This document shows positions 14,394 to 33,845 of a stretch of 64,000 nucleotides of DNA, piece by piece. Below the pieces are notes generated by a model. The model saw nothing but the letters and a program-made list of their open reading frames with translations. It was not told where the DNA came from and did no database searches. This DNA is from the human T2T-CHM13v2.0 reference genome, Homo sapiens. The position numbers and the translations under genes were made by a program. The stretch lies in assembly GCF_009914755.1 (NCBI RefSeq), contig NC_060930.1, one strand, 5' to 3'. Positions within the stretch are counted from its first letter, which is position 1, and each line of letters starts with the position of its first letter.

Positions 14394-14719
14394 AGTAACA
14401 TAAGTTTTTAAAAGGTTTTTGCTTCAGGTACTCTCCTATTTTCCTGCTCCACATTTACAGCAAAATTAGAAAATATTGTCTGTACCTGCCCTCTGTTTCC
14501 TTTTCTCTCCTTCTTTAATCAAAAACTGTGAAATATATATTCAAAAGTGTACATATAATCCATATACACATTTTAAAGTATTGATGAGATAATAAAGGAT
14601 GTTATGTAATCATCGGTCACTCTAAGCAATCGAATATTTCCAATATCTTTTATTACGTGCTCCTAACCAATAGATCACTCTCCCTCTCTCTTTGCTAGAG
14701 CTGCATTTTTTTGTGATAA

Positions 14720-15678
<959 letters not shown>

Positions 15679-15694
15679 ATCCTAGCTTTTCTTT

Positions 15695-16961
15695 TTATTT
15701 ATTTATTTATTTATTTATTTTTTATTTTTTAGTGTTTATTGATCATTCTTGGGTGTTTCTCGGAAAGGGGGATGTGGCAGGGTCATAGGATAATAGTGGA
15801 GAGAAGGTCAGCAGATAAACACGTGAACAAAGGTCTCTGGCTTTCCTAGGCAGAGGTCCCTGCAGCCTTCCACAGTGTTTGTGTCCCTGGGTACTTGAGA
15901 TTAGGGAGTGGTGATGACTCTTAACGAGCATGCTGCCTTCAAGCATCTGTTTAACAGCACATCTTGCACCGACCTTAATCCATTTAACCCTGAGTGGACA
16001 CAGCACATGTTTCAGAGAGCGCGGGGCCGGGGGTAAGGTTATAGATTAACAGCATCCCAAGGCAGAAGAATTTTTCTCAGTACAGAACAAAATGGAGTCT
16101 CCTGTGTCTACTTCTTTCTACACAGACATAGTAACAATCTGATCTCTCTTTCTTTTCCCCACATTTCCCCCTTTTCTTTTCCACAAAACTGCCATTGTCA
16201 TCATGGCCCATTCTCGATGGTCGCTGTCTCTTCGGAGCTGTTGGGTACACCTCCCAGACGGGGCAGCCGGGCAGAGGCGCTCCTCACTTCCCAGACGGGG
16301 CGGGTGGGCAGAGGTGCTCCTCACATCCCAGACGATGGGCGGCCAGGCAGAGATGCTCCTCACTTCCCAGACGGGGCAGCTGCCAGGCAGAGGCGCTCCT
16401 CACTTCTCAGATGGGGCGGCTGGGCAGAGGCGCTCCTCAGTTCCCAGACGGAGTGGCGGCCGGGCAGAGGCGCTCCTCACATCCCAGACGGGGCGGCCGG
16501 GCAGAGGAGCTCCCCACTTCCTAGATGGGGTGGCAGCCAGGCAGAGGCTGTAATCTTAGCACTTTCGGAGGCCAAGGCAGGCGGCTGGGAGGTGGAGGTT
16601 GTAGCGAGCTGAGATCATGCCACTGCACTCCAGCCTGGGCAACATTGAGCACTGAGTGAGCGAGACTCCGTCTGCAATCCCAGCACCTCGGGAGGCCAAG
16701 GCGGGCAGATCACTCGAGGTCAAGAGCTGGAGACCAGCCCGGTCAACACGGTGAAACTCCGTCTCCACCAAAAATACAAAAACCAGTCAGGCATTGCAGC
16801 GCATGCCTGCAATCCCAGGCACTCGGCAGGTCAAGGCAGGAGAATCACGGGAGCCCAAGGCAGGGAGGTTGCAGCAAGCTGAGATCATGGCAGTACAGTC
16901 CAGCCTCTGCAACAGAGGGAGATCCAAGGGAAAGGGGGAGAGGGAGAGGGAGAGGCCAAGG
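15695..16961 (-). mobile_element. Full-length compact SVA (probably old, SVA_A-like)
   Basis: On minus strand: CCCTCT hexamers ~16935-16955, Alu-like ~16550-16920, GC-rich VNTR ~16250-16550, SINE-R ~15730-16245, A-rich tail. TSD CCTAGCTTTTCTTT at 15681-15694 and 16962-16975. Confidence 0.93.
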
Positions 16962-16999
16962 CCTAGCTTTTCTTTATACTTCCTTGATACATGTATGTA

Positions 17000-18430
17000 T
17001 CCCTAAACAGGATATTGTCTAGTTTTGCCTATTTTTAAACTTTGTATACGTGGAATTGTAATGTATGTGTTCTTCTGTGACTTGTCTTTATTTCTGAGAT
17101 TCACCATCTTGATGCATATAGCTTTGGCTTGTTCATTTTCACTGCTGTGTGGTATTCCAAATTTGAAAGTCCCATGTTTTTTTCTTCTCCATTTTACTAT
17201 TCTTAGAACTTGGTTTGTCTTCATAGTTTTGCTGTTATGACCAATGATGCTATGAACATTCTCATACATGTACCCTGGCACATACCTGCAAGACTTTTTA
17301 GAATATGTAACTAGTAATGAAATTTCTGAGTCTTAGAATGTGGTTGCAGTATATATAGTGTTACTTTGTGAGGGGAGACTATTTCCCAGGGGTTGTATAA
17401 TCTACATTCCCTTTAGTGGCAGATGAAATTCCCATTAAACCACATCTGCAACTTCACTTGGAATTGTCAGACTTTTGACTTTTTGCCATTTTGATGTGTG
17501 TGAAATGTTATCGCATTTGGTTTTAATGTGCATTTTCCTAATTATTAATGAAGCTGAGCATTTTTCTTTTCTTTCTTTTTTCCTTTTTTTTTTTTTGGCC
17601 AGTTGTATTTCTCTTTCTGTATAGTGTCTTTTATGTTTTTTATACTTTCTTCTATTGGCTATTTTTAGTTTTCTTTTGGATTTGTTACCAAAATGCCAAG
17701 GGTTTGGTCTAGGTTGCTCACTGCACAGTAAGCCAATCACTGAGACAACAAGTATTGTGAGGGAAGAAGGCTTTATTCAGGTGTTGCAACCGAGGAGATT
17801 GGAGATCAGTCTTAACTCTGTCTCCTCTTTTCAACAGATTAAAATTAAGGGTTTATAGAGCAGGGAAGAAAGGTAACTACATATGGGAAAACAGGAATTA
17901 GGGAGGGGTAAGGAAGAGGAGTTGGTCAACAGGCAGCCTGGGGTCAGTTAGGCAGTCATGAAGGGTGAGGGGTCTGGTGTCTTAGCAGATGCAGTGAAAG
18001 GTAAGTTTCAGTTTCCTGATACTACCAGGGAGCCCTGATCATCAATTTCCTGAGAAAGGAACTCAGATAAGACAAATGTAAGTTTCTCAAGTTTTAAGAC
18101 TTGTAGGGTAAATTTCTATGTTTATTAAAAGAAAAAAAACATAATCAGTCCTATGGGACAAATGGGTTGGTTTCAGATTTATGGGAAATATTTGTTTTTT
18201 GTATATTCTGGACACTAATTCCTTGTTGGTTATATGTGTTACAAACATCTTCTTGGAGTTTCTGGCTTGTTGTTTCTCTCTATGTCATCTTTTGAGAAGA
18301 GAGAAGCATTTGTTTTTTCATTCTAAAGTAGCTAAACGTATCAATCTTTATGTTTTGGACTCTTGGTCTAGTTTAATAAGTCCTACCTTGTCTTGAGATT
18401 ACAAAGATAATCTATATTATTGACTAAATA
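17000..18430 (-). mobile_element. Old L1M fragment interrupted by an LTR
   Basis: Antisense L1 ORF2-end motifs (GGTTTTAATGTGCATTTTCCTAAT; TTTGTATATTCTGGACACTAATTCC). Confidence 0.6.
17683..18175 (-). mobile_element. ERV1 solo LTR (MER4-group-like)
   Basis: TG...CA termini with 4-bp TSD GATT; TTTATT (minus-strand AATAAA) at ~17772. Confidence 0.8.
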
Positions 18431-18444
18431 TTTTTCAGTTTAGC

Positions 18445-18806
18445 TGCTATAGACTGAATGCTTGTGTCCCTCCTAAAATTCACATGTTAAAACCTAATCC
18501 TCAGTGTGATGGTATTTGGAGGTGGGGCCTTTGGGAGGTGATTAGGTCATGAGATCAGAGCACTACTGAATGGGATTTGTGCCCTTATGACAGAGACCCC
18601 AAAGAGCTCCCTTGTCTCTTCCACCATGTGAAGACACAATGAGAAGTTAGCAGTCTGCAACCCAGAAGAGAACATTCATCTGAAACTGACTGTGCACCCT
18701 GAGCTCAGACTTCCCCTACCTCTAGAACTATGAGAAATAAGTGGTTGTTATTTAAGCCACCCAGTCTATGGTATTTTTGTCATAGAGGCCTGAACAACTG
18801 AGACAT
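18445..18806 (+). mobile_element. MLT1A-like LTR
   Basis: TGCTATAGACTGAATG...GGTATTTGGAGGTGGGGCCTTTGGGAGGTGATTAGG...ACTGAGACA. Confidence 0.85.
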
Positions 18807-18984
18807 TTGCCTTTCATATGTAAATCTTTATATATCTGGAATTAATTTTTGTGTTTAGAGCAAAATATATATTTGTTTCCCCTTTTTTCCATATGGTTAA
18901 CTAATTATCTCAGTGTGATCTAATGCACAGCCTCTAATTTTCCCCACTGTTTTACACTGCAAGCTCTGTCATATGTTATATATC

Positions 18985-20275
<1,291 letters not shown>

Positions 20276-20854
20276 ACCAGACTCTCGACTCATTTAAACT
20301 ACTATTAGTGGCTAGCCTTTTCTCTTACCTTCCAGATTTCTGGGCAACACTCCACTCTTCCTGATGCACACTCTTGCGTTGCAGCCTGGGACTCTACATT
20401 TCAAGCAAGATATTCTTACACATAACAAAGCTTGAAAAGCATTGCTTTAAGCTTTCCTTTGTCTCTCCAAGTACCTCCAAATGTGTATTTAATGCTTTTA
20501 TAATCAGAAAAGTGTTACAAAATCAAATACCCAAAAAAAATTCCCTATTTTCACAGCATACCATACAACTACTTTCTACAGAGTTTCCAACATTTTGCAG
20601 TAAAATCATTGTTCACAATTTTTTTGGGTCACAGTTTTTGGCAAATGAAGCATGGTATAGGATGCCTGGGACTGTGGAGTTTCCCAGGACACAGGACTTT
20701 CCACGCAAAACCAGAAAGGTTCCGGACAAACCAAGAAGAGTTCTTCACCCCAGACGTGTGAAACCAGTGGCAAAGTGCCTGCTTTAGGGAAGGCAGCATG
20801 GGACAGTGAATCAGAGTGGACACTGAACCTGGGTCCATTTGTGGAAGGTGGTCC

Positions 20855-21707
20855 TGTTACAGGAAAGAGGTCCCAATCCAGACCCCAAGAGAGGGTTCTT
20901 GGATCTCGTGCAAGAAAGAATTCAGGGCAAGTCTGCTGGAGTGCACAGCAAAAGCAAGTTCAGTGGTGAAAGAAGAGCTAACCCATAGACAGAGTAGGGC
21001 ATTCCAGAAAGTAAGAGGAGGAACGCGTCCACCCTAGGTACAATGCTTATATATATATCTTTATATATATATCATATATATATATGATAAAAGAAGATCA
21101 TGGGAAGATGTGCTCTGCTACAAGAGTTTGTGATAAAGGATTAATTTCCTTAATTACTATGTTTTGCAAGAATCAATATTATTATCTTTAAAGCAAAATT
21201 AGAAGTGCCTTTGTTCTCCAGGTGTCAGGATTATCTGGACATTGCTAAATCTGGGTCAGTTTAGTAAACTTTTTTTTTTTTTGAGACAGAGTCTCCCTCT
21301 GTTGCCCAGGCCAGAGTGCAATGGCACAATCTTGGCTCACTGCAACCTCCGCCTCCTGGGTTCAAGCGATTCTTCTGCCTCCATTTCCCGAGTAGTCGGG
21401 ACAGGCACATGTCACCACACCCAGCTAATTTTTGTATTTTTAGTAGAGACGGGTTTCACAATATTGGCCAGGCAGGTCTCGAACTCCTGACCTTGTGATC
21501 CACCCACCTCGGCCTCCTGAAGTGCTGGGATTACAGGTGTGAGCCACCTTTCCTGGCCTAGTAAATATTATTAATCTATTCCCTTAACCATAAATGTCTA
21601 GAGGCTAGGAATACCTATATTTCTGGAAATGCACCCCGCCAAGTTGCAGCCTCATTTTCCTAGCTCTCACTCAAAATGGCGTCGCTCTGGTTGGAATGCC
21701 TCTGACA
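20855..21707 (-). mobile_element. MER41-family ERV1 solo LTR, interrupted by an Alu
   Basis: Minus strand begins TGTCAGAGGCATTCCAACCAGAGCGACGCCATTTTGAG; other end CCAGACCCCAAGAGAGGGTTCTTGGATCTCG; TSD GTCC/GTCT. Confidence 0.8.
21270..21558 (-). mobile_element. AluS inside MER41
   Basis: TSD TAGTAAA. Confidence 0.92.
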
Positions 21708-21914
21708 GTCTTTATGAATGATAAAAGAGTGTAGTCAATCATAAAGCTCTGACTCACTCCCAGTTTGCCCTTTCCTTCCTAGAGAATGTCTTTCAGGCTC
21801 TTCCTCCCCTCAGAAGCTTTCAACATCCACTCCATTCCCCTAAACTGGGGACCGAGGACATTGCAGCTTCTTTGGTGCTTCTAGGGACCAGAACATAGCT
21901 TCTTTTAGTTATGG

Positions 21915-23205
21915 ATTAGGTTTTTATTGCTGCTGTAACAAATTACCACAAACTTAGCTGTTTAAACAACACGAATGTATTCTCTTACACTTCTGCAATG
22001 TCGTTGGTGGGCCAGATTCAGATTCTGGGCCACACAAAAGAATTTGAGAGTGAGTCCAAAATAAGACTAGGCAAAGGAGTTTATTGCAAAGTGAAAGTAC
22101 ACTCTGAGAGGCAGAGTGGGCTGCTCAAAGCTAGCTCAAAGCTAGAGGCAGTAGTTAGTGCCTTAAGGGGAATTTCCTTTGTGGAAACTGTACATACATA
22201 TTAATAAAATACTGGTGAGATCAAGTAAGCAAAGGCAGACCTGTGGTTAGCACATGAGCTACTTGGTCTAACACGCATCCCATGTATCATTAGCGTATAA
22301 AATCCCCACGTGGTGGTGTGTTTTTTGCTATTACAATGAGGAAAAGGTCACCATAAGCTAAACCTTGAGCCTAGCTGTGTATGCAAGACCCTGGAGAATT
22401 TCCCAGTCACACCTCCACCCACCCCAACCAAGGCAGGAATTTGTAGCTAATAGCTTCTTGGGCTTTTGGTGCTGATTGGCTGGAGATGGGTAGCTACATC
22501 ATGAACAAAGGGCTTTCGTTCTCTTTCCCAGGCTGTATAGGGTATCAAGAACTTGTAACCACCTGGCAGAATCCTGCAGGACTGCTTGTCTTGCAAAAGA
22601 CTTCAGTGCTGATGCAGGAGGGTGCAAGTGAAAAGAATTCACTGTAAAAGGAGCCGTGGGGCTTCACACATGGGACAAGTTAGTATGGCCTCCTAACCTT
22701 ACTTATCTTGCCTCAGTAGGTCAGAGGTCTGAAACAAGTCTCAATGGGCTAAAATCAAGTTGTCAGTGTGGTTGCATCTCTTTTTGAAGGCTTTAGGGGA
22801 AAATTTGTTTCTGTTCATTCTGGTTGCTTGCAGAACTCAATTCCTTGTAGTTGGAGGACTAGGTTCCTGTCTTTTTACTGGCTTTAAACAGAGCTGTTAA
22901 CAGCTCAAAGGGCTGTAGAATTCCTTGGCTCATAGCCTCTTTTCTCTGTATTCAAATCCAACAACAGTTGGTTATGTCCATCTCATGTCCTATCTCTCTG
23001 AGCTACATTCTGCTTCTTCTTCTTTCCACTTTTATTAAAGATTGGTGTGATTAGATTGGACCTCATACGGCCTAATAACCTCCCTTTTTACAAAGTCAAC
23101 TGATTAGCAACCTTAATTCTCTTTTGCCATATAACATAATATAGTCAGGTTCTAGGGATTAGGACATGGACATCTTGGGGATAGGGACATTCTTCTGCCT
23201 TCTAC
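21915..23205 (-). mobile_element. MLT1 LTR interrupted by an ERV1 LTR (MER51-like, ~21999-22716)
   Basis: TTGCTGCTGTAACAAATTACCACAAACTTAG; inner element ends CCTAACCTTACTTATCTTGCCTCA. Confidence 0.65.
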
Positions 23206-23656
23206 AAGTTATATGGGATATATTGAACCTCTAATATGTGCCAGGTGCTATCATAGGTTCTGGTGATACAGTAATGAACCAAACAAAGGCCCCAACCTTC
23301 ATGAGTTTATGTCTCAGTGAAATCCCATATGCAATACTATGAATGTATCTCTTTATTTTTTAGTACACCTTAAAAATAGCTTTATTGAGTCCAACTGATA
23401 TTCAATAAACTGCACATATTTATGTTTTTCGTGCTCTCTCAAGATGTGGAACAAAAAAATAGCACACATATTTTTGTACCTGCCTGGTAAAAATTCCCAA
23501 AGCTTTGCTTAATTCTATTCAGGTTGTTGAACAAAATTTACATTAGCAACAAATACCAGGGAATGAAAATAATGCACTTTTGTTGATAAAGTAACAGATT
23601 TTGCCTGGTTGTCTTTGGAGCCGTCATGCTCTGTGTGTGTTTCTGCTTCCAGATTT

Positions 23657-24530
23657 CTTTTTTTTTCTCTCCAACTTTTATTTTAGGTTCAGGGGTACAT
23701 ATGCAGGTTTGTTACATGAATAAATTGTGTGTCACAGGGGTTTGTTGTACAGATTATTTCATCACCCAGGTAATAAGCGTAGTACCTGATGGGTAGTTTT
23801 TTGATCCTCACCCTCCTTCCACCCTCCATCCTCAAATAGACCTCAATGTCTATTGTTCCCTTCTTGGTGTCCTTGTATACTCAATGTTTAGCTCCCACTT
23901 ATAAGTGAGAACATGTGATGTTTGGTTTTCTGTTCCTACATTAATTTACTTAGGATAATGGCCCTCCAGTTCCATCCATATTGCTGCAAAGGACACTATC
24001 TCATTCTTTTTTATGGCTGCATAGTATTCCATGGTGTATATGTACTACATTTTCTTTATTCAGTCTACAGTTGATGGGCAGTTAAGTTGGTTCCACGTCT
24101 TCACTATCGTAACTAGTAAACTGCATGTATTTAAAGTATATAATCTGATGAGTTTTGACATAGGAATCCACCTGTGAAATCATCACCACAATTAAAATAA
24201 TGAATATATCTGTCACCCCCCATAGCTTTTCCCTGCTCCTTTGAATTCAACCCATCCTATAATCCATCCCCAGGCAAATACTGGTCTGCTTTCTGTCACT
24301 ATAGGTTGGCTTCCTTTTTTAGAATTTTACATAAATGAACTCATAATATGTACTCTATTTTTGTCTAGATTCTTTCATCCAGCATAATTATTTTGTGATT
24401 AATCTATGTTGTTGAGTGTATAAATAGTCCATTCCTTTTTATTGCCATATAGTAGTTTATTGTATGGATGTACTACAATGTGTCTATTCATTCAAATGTT
24501 GATGGAAATTTAGATTGTTTCCAGTGTTGC
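23657..24530 (-). mobile_element. Old L1PA 3' end (~23657-24115) nested in an L1M 3' fragment
   Basis: TTCAGGGGTACATATGCAGGTTTGTTAC...CTCCCACTTATAAGTGAGAACATG. Confidence 0.8.
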
Positions 24531-24699
24531 CTGCTTCTTGTTGCATTTAGCAAAATATTATAAGAAAGTGCAAACTCAGGCAAGAAATGACCAGATTGCA
24601 AGCAGAGATTGAAGGAAATAGAGTCCAGAGATGTGAGTCTTTACAAGATTGAGAAATGCTTTTATATTTCAGATAACAGGAAATATGGCTTTAGTTGCT

Positions 24700-25269
24700 T
24701 GTGTTAGGCCAAATAATGACTGTCCCCCCACCAAAATGTCCACATTCTAGTCCCCAGAATCTGTGAATATGTTACCGTACATGGCAAAAGGGACTTTGCA
24801 AATGCAATTAAGGACCTTGAGATGAGGAGATCATCCTGAATTATTCCAGTGGGCCCAATTTAATCACATGAGTCATTAAAAGCAGAAGATCTTTCCCAGC
24901 TGCAGTAAGAGAGAGACATGTGATGATGGGACAAAGGGTCAGAGAGATGTGTTATATTGCTGATTTTGAAGGTGGAGAAACAGGGCCATAAGCCAAAGAA
25001 TGCCAGCAACCTCTAGAAGCTGAAAAAGGCAAGAACACAGATTCTCCCTGTGAGCCTCTAGAAGTAATGTGGTCCTACTGATACCTTGATTTTAGCTTAG
25101 CGAAACTAGTGTTGGTTTTCTGACTTACAGAACTGTAAGATCATAAATTTCTATTATAAATATATAATATATATTATATTATCATAAATTTATATTTATA
25201 GATTATACATTTATATTTAAGCAACTAAGTTTGTGGTAATTTGTTAAATCAGTGATAAAAAACTAATAC
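24700..25269 (+). mobile_element. MLT1D-like LTR
   Basis: GAATCTGTGAATATGTTACC...GGACCTTGAGATGAGGAGAT...AACTAATAC. Confidence 0.8.
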
Positions 25270-26599
25270 CTTCCTCTAAGCTTTTCCCAAAGGCCTTGTA
25301 TTAAGGCAAACAGAAGGACAGACGCCTAAGGAAACAATTAGATTAAAGGAGTTTTCTTCCCACTCAAAGTTGTTACCATTAAATTAAGAGTGACATGAGT
25401 CATTCAACAGAGCTTAGAACAAAAGATTTCAGAATCAGACCTAGAAAAGAACTTTGGTTGTGGTCATTGATGCATGAAACAAATAAACAAGAAGCCCTTT
25501 TAGTTTTTGAAGAAATTGTATTCCCAAGGAAGCCATAAAGCCTAACATAAAAAAGCCTGTGGTTAAGCTTAAAATAACTCATAGGCCCTCAAATTGCAAC
25601 CACAGAAGTCAGGCTGCAAAATCTGTACGGGGCAATCCTAAGAAATGAGTACTCCTCACTTCTTCTTATATTGGCTATGGTAGATAATGGAGAAGAAAGA
25701 ATCTTCCAGAAAGCAAAGCCAGTGGTCAGGATGACAAACAAAGGAGTTCCTCCCACAGAGAGGACCAGTGATAGTCAGATGGACTAAGCTTGGAACTTAC
25801 TCCATTGAGAGGGCAAGGATAATTTAGGATTCCTACCCAGTAAGATTTAATCATTGCTGTGGGCCAATGATTGTGTGTTTCTGTTTTTTAAATAAGAGTT
25901 TCTTTTGCCATTATCCTGTTCTCACTTCACCATTGTATATTATCTGTGTTTACGTGGTAGAGGGTGATAATTTAGATTTTATTACTTTATGGGTCACTGG
26001 GCCATGAGGACTCAAGTGTATATCCAATAGAAAACTGCATGTCACCTAAAGATCCTGGATTTTGAGCTGGATGTCATAACTGGATGAGATATTTCCCTAG
26101 GGGGTGAGGTGAGTTTTTTCTAAATGTGAAAAGTAGAGTATATGTGGATTATTGGTGACCATTGCTGGTCTGTGTAATGACTTCTAACTGACCACAAAAT
26201 CCATTTTCCTTCTCTCAAACAAATAAAGTATAGCTGAGACCTGGCCGGACCACATTTCCTAGCCCTCTTTGCAGTTAGATGTAGCCATGTGACTAGGGTC
26301 TTGACAAAGGAATATAAGTTGTGATAAATGAAACAGTCACCTCACAGATTAAAGAGACCTTGAACTTCAGCCCTTCTTGAAACCCTTCATCATTGGTTGA
26401 AGCAAATTGATCTTGTAATCACATGTTGAAGATAGAAGAACTTCTAATAGCATGCATCCCTAAGTGACTTCATAGAGTACAACCACTCACCATCTTGATA
26501 AACCTACCCAGGACTGTTGAGATGGAAATAAACTATTTTGTTTGAGTCATCTCATTTACAGTTTTCTCCATTATTACAGTTTTGTTTTCTACCCTAACA

Positions 26600-28600
<2,001 letters not shown>

Positions 28601-29429
28601 TGTAAACTGGACAGATTGTGGACAGGATTCTGAGTGAGATCCTTCACTGTTCAGTCTCCTTTGCATCAGTAAGTGTCTCTTAAAGTAAATGGACAAGTAG
28701 AGGAATGGTGTCAGCATAATGTGGAAGCTGCATTGTGTAATATACAATTTCCCCCATATGTTAATGTTCTGCACTGAGTAATAGCAGCTGTACCAAAATA
28801 GCAGCCAAGTCCCAAACACGATTTAAGGGAGCAAGCTATGAATACAATGCTGTGCACAATGCCGTTGACTCCTTCTCCACTTTACTCATTTTAGCTACAT
28901 TCTCTATCCTGAAGTGCTTACTAAGTAGTTCCCCCAATTTTCATGCACTTTTTCTGAACTATTTTGAGAATGGGAATATTAAGATGTTGCCACAGTTCCA
29001 TAACAACTTGTTGCTGAGATGCCCCTTAAGAGTGGGGAAGAAAAATCCATTAGACTTTAGAATAATTCCACAAGAGCTTTCTTTTTCTACTTTAGGTGTG
29101 ATTGACATGCATTTGTAGATGTGTTAGTGCAGATTGCACTTCATGGCACAAGGTCCTATTTGGAGCCATAACAGCAGCTTCTTAATGAAAGAAGGAAGGT
29201 GGCAATACAGAAAAAAAAAAATCAGGTGTTTTTTTTTAAGCAGGTGCAAAACAAACAAGCAGAAAATAACCATCCAGAGCTACCCATCTTTGTCATCTAC
29301 ATTTTGTGCAAAGCTTCAACTGCTTATCCTCTATAGCTTCTCATGGTGATGTCCCTCCACCTTGTCTCCATAAAGCAGCAGCTTCCATCTTTCCTTATCC
29401 CCTTGTATCTTTAGTTCCCCCTTTATTTA

Positions 29430-30049
<620 letters not shown>

Positions 30050-30109
30050 TAGCTCCCCCTTTAAAAAGTCTTTCATCTATTTAGAGTTTAACAAGTCTTT
30101 TTTTTTTCT

Positions 30110-30910
30110 CTTTAAAAACTATGCTAGTATTTTTATTCGAATTGTTATTGCTTTGTTAGTGTTATGAGTATGAAGATGAATAGATTTTGAGTTGCCTATC
30201 AAAACTCTGTTTTTCCTACAAACACTTGTTTTTTTGTGAACATTTCCATATGAATTCAAGGACCTGCTTTTCCATATCTGTTTAAAAGGCTGTTGAAATT
30301 TTGATAGAGATTAATTGAGTCTGTAGATCACTTTGGATATTATTGACAACTTAACAATTTTAAGTCTTTCTACCCATCAACACAAGATGTCTTTCCATTT
30401 ATTTAGATCTTCAATTTCAGCAATTTTTTATAGTTTTCAGTGTACATTCTCACTTGAGTGTACATCCTCACTTCTCCCTCTCCTTCTCGGTCTCTGGTAA
30501 CCGCTATTCTCCTCTTCCCTTCTATGAGATCAGCTTTTGCAGTTCCACATATGAGTGAAATCATGTGCCATTTGTTCTTCATTGCTTGGCTTACTTAATA
30601 TAATGTCCTCTTGGTTCATTCATGTTGTTACAAATGACAGAATTTCATTCTTTTTATGGCTGAAAAGTATTCCATTGTGTACATACGCCACATTTTTAAA
30701 AATCTATTCATTCTTTGATGGCCACTTTGGTTAATTTCATATCTTGGCTATTGTGAATAGCGCTGCAGTGAACATGGGAGTGCATGTATCTCTTTGACGT
30801 ACCAATTTCATTTCCTTTGGATATATATCCATTAGTGAGATTGATGGATCATATAGTAGTTCTACTTTTAATTTTTTGAGAAGCCTCCTTACTGTTGTCT
30901 GTAATGGCTT
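30110..30910 (-). mobile_element. L1MA/MB fragments
   Basis: TTCCACATATGAGTGAAATCATG...TTGGCTATTGTGAATAG. Confidence 0.75.
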
Positions 30911-31369
30911 GGATAATGGGGTGGCTATTGGTACGTGTTCCTGAGGAATAGGAAGAATGAGAGAGATAGTGGATTTGGATGTGTGAGTTTAAGGTGCAAG
31001 ATTCAAGTGGTGGTTCAGTAGGCCTTGGTAGCTCCCCAGAGTTTGCATCTGTAGGTAGAGGTCACTGTTAGTGATAAAGTTGTGGTTTGATTTGTTTTTC
31101 AAAATGTAGGTGATACCTACTGTCATGAAACCAATTTTGCAGGTTATAACCAGCATTTTTAAAACGGACTGTAATTTAAAAATCAGAATATATTACAAAT
31201 AATAAAGAAAAATGGTACCCAACAAAATGTGTGTGTGTGTGTGTCTGTGTGTGCATATGCATGTATATTAGACTGGGACATGAGTGACTTTTTTACTGTG
31301 ATGTTTCAAAACATGTTTGAAAAAAATTAGTTTAAACCATGATGAAGAGATTTCTCAGGCAGTGTATGA

Positions 31370-31700
<331 letters not shown>

Positions 31701-31922
31701 AAAACCTAGTGGTTTCTAATATGTAGCTCTCATGTTTTCAGATGAGTTTTAAGATACAGGCCCAAATTTTGTTAGTTCTTATTCTCTACTTTTGAATTAT
31801 TTACAGGAAATATATTTTACTGAGCTGATCTACTGAGAGGTGGGCACAAATCCTTTAGACTTTATTGAAAAATTAGTTGTCCAAAATCTTCTAGGATACT
31901 CCCACTTAATTACATATATGAG

Positions 31923-32262
<340 letters not shown>

Positions 32263-33019
32263 CTAAAATTAACATTCATCTAACACTGCAAGCCAGAACG
32301 TGTTCTGAGTAGTGCTCTGGAAGGGACTTTGGATTTTGAGAAAAAAGGTTGGGAGCAGTTTGAACATAAAAACTATTTTCTCATGGGTTCCATTTTGATG
32401 TTCATTAAACTCACAACTTCTTTGTTTTCTTCATGTCTTCTTAGAAAGTGATTTCTCACTTTGAGAGTGAACTCTTTGCAGGACTTGAGCATAGTGATCA
32501 CAACTGCTGCCTCCCCTCTGAGAAATCTGGAGGATGAGGTTCTCCATCTGTCTTGACTACTTGAGAGACCCAGTGACCATTGACTGTGGTCATGTCTTTT
32601 GCTACCACTGCATCATTCAGGTCTGTGAATCTACTAGGCAACCATTACATTGTTCTCTGTGCAAGCCAGCTTTTAAGAAAAAATATCTGCCATGTGTGGC
32701 AGATGGCCAACCTGATGGAGAACATTTGGAGAATGAAGGTAGATGAGGAGAGACAACCCAGAGAGGAAAGACCACCTGAGCAAAAAGCAGAGAAGCTGTG
32801 TAGGCGACACCTGGAGAAGCTCCATTAATGCTTCAAAGGATGACCAGCAGATGGTGTATGTGATGCGTTGGAGTCCCGAGAACACAAGCACCATGCTGCT
32901 GTTCTCCTAGAAAAGGCTGCACAGCCTCGTCGGGTAAGAATCGTGTTGGACCCCAGCTCTGTTCTTTTAGCCAGAAAGTTCTATGGTACCTTCAGGATAA
33001 GGTGCAGGTTTTTTGCATT

Positions 33020-33845
33020 ACTTTATTGAGGTATGATTGACATGTAAAAGCTATACATATTTAATGTATACCAATTAATGAGTTTGTAGATGAGTATACA
33101 CCTCTGAAACCATCATCACAGCAAAAACACGTCTATCACTTTCCAAACTTTCCACACACCCTCTTTATTGTTATTATTTTGTGTGTGTGATAAGAACACT
33201 TAGTCAAAGATCTATTCTTTTAGTAAATTTGAAGTATACAATACAGTGTTTTTAGCTATAGGCATTATGCTATATAGTAGGTCTCTAGAACTTCTTTATC
33301 TTGCATAACTGAAACTTTGTAACTTTGACCATCAACCCTCCATTCCCCGTCCCCACCAGTCCCTGGCAACCACCATTCTACTCTGTTTATGTAAGTTTGA
33401 CTGTTTTAGATTCCACATATAAGTGAGGTCGCACAGTATGTGTCTGGCATATTCACTTAGCATAATGTTCTCAAGGTCCATCCATGTTGTTACCAATGGC
33501 AGAATTTCCTTCTCTTTAAGGCTGAATAATATTGCATTGTATGTATATACCACATTTTCTTTATTCATCCATCAGTGAACATTTAGGGTTTTTTAAATCT
33601 TGGTTATTGTGAATAGTGCTGCAAAGAACATGGGAAGTATATGGGCTATAAATACCCAGAAGTGAAATTGCTGGATCATATGGTAGTTCTGTTTTTAATT
33701 ATTTGAGGAGCTTCTTACTGTTTTTATAATGGCTGTACCAGTTTGCATTTCCACCAACAGCGTATCAGGGTTCCCCTTTCTCCACATCCTCACCAACGCT
33801 TCTTATCTTTTAAAAAATATAATAGCATTTCTAAGAGGTGTAAGA
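33020..33845 (-). mobile_element. L1MA/MB 3' end in TRIM26BP intron
   Basis: TTTATTGAGGTATGATTGACA...GGCAACCACCATTCTACTCT. Confidence 0.85.

Noticed and set aside
16250-16550. Regularly spaced ~40-bp repeats resembling a CRISPR array
   Set aside because: These are SVA VNTR units with no unique spacers, in eukaryotic context.
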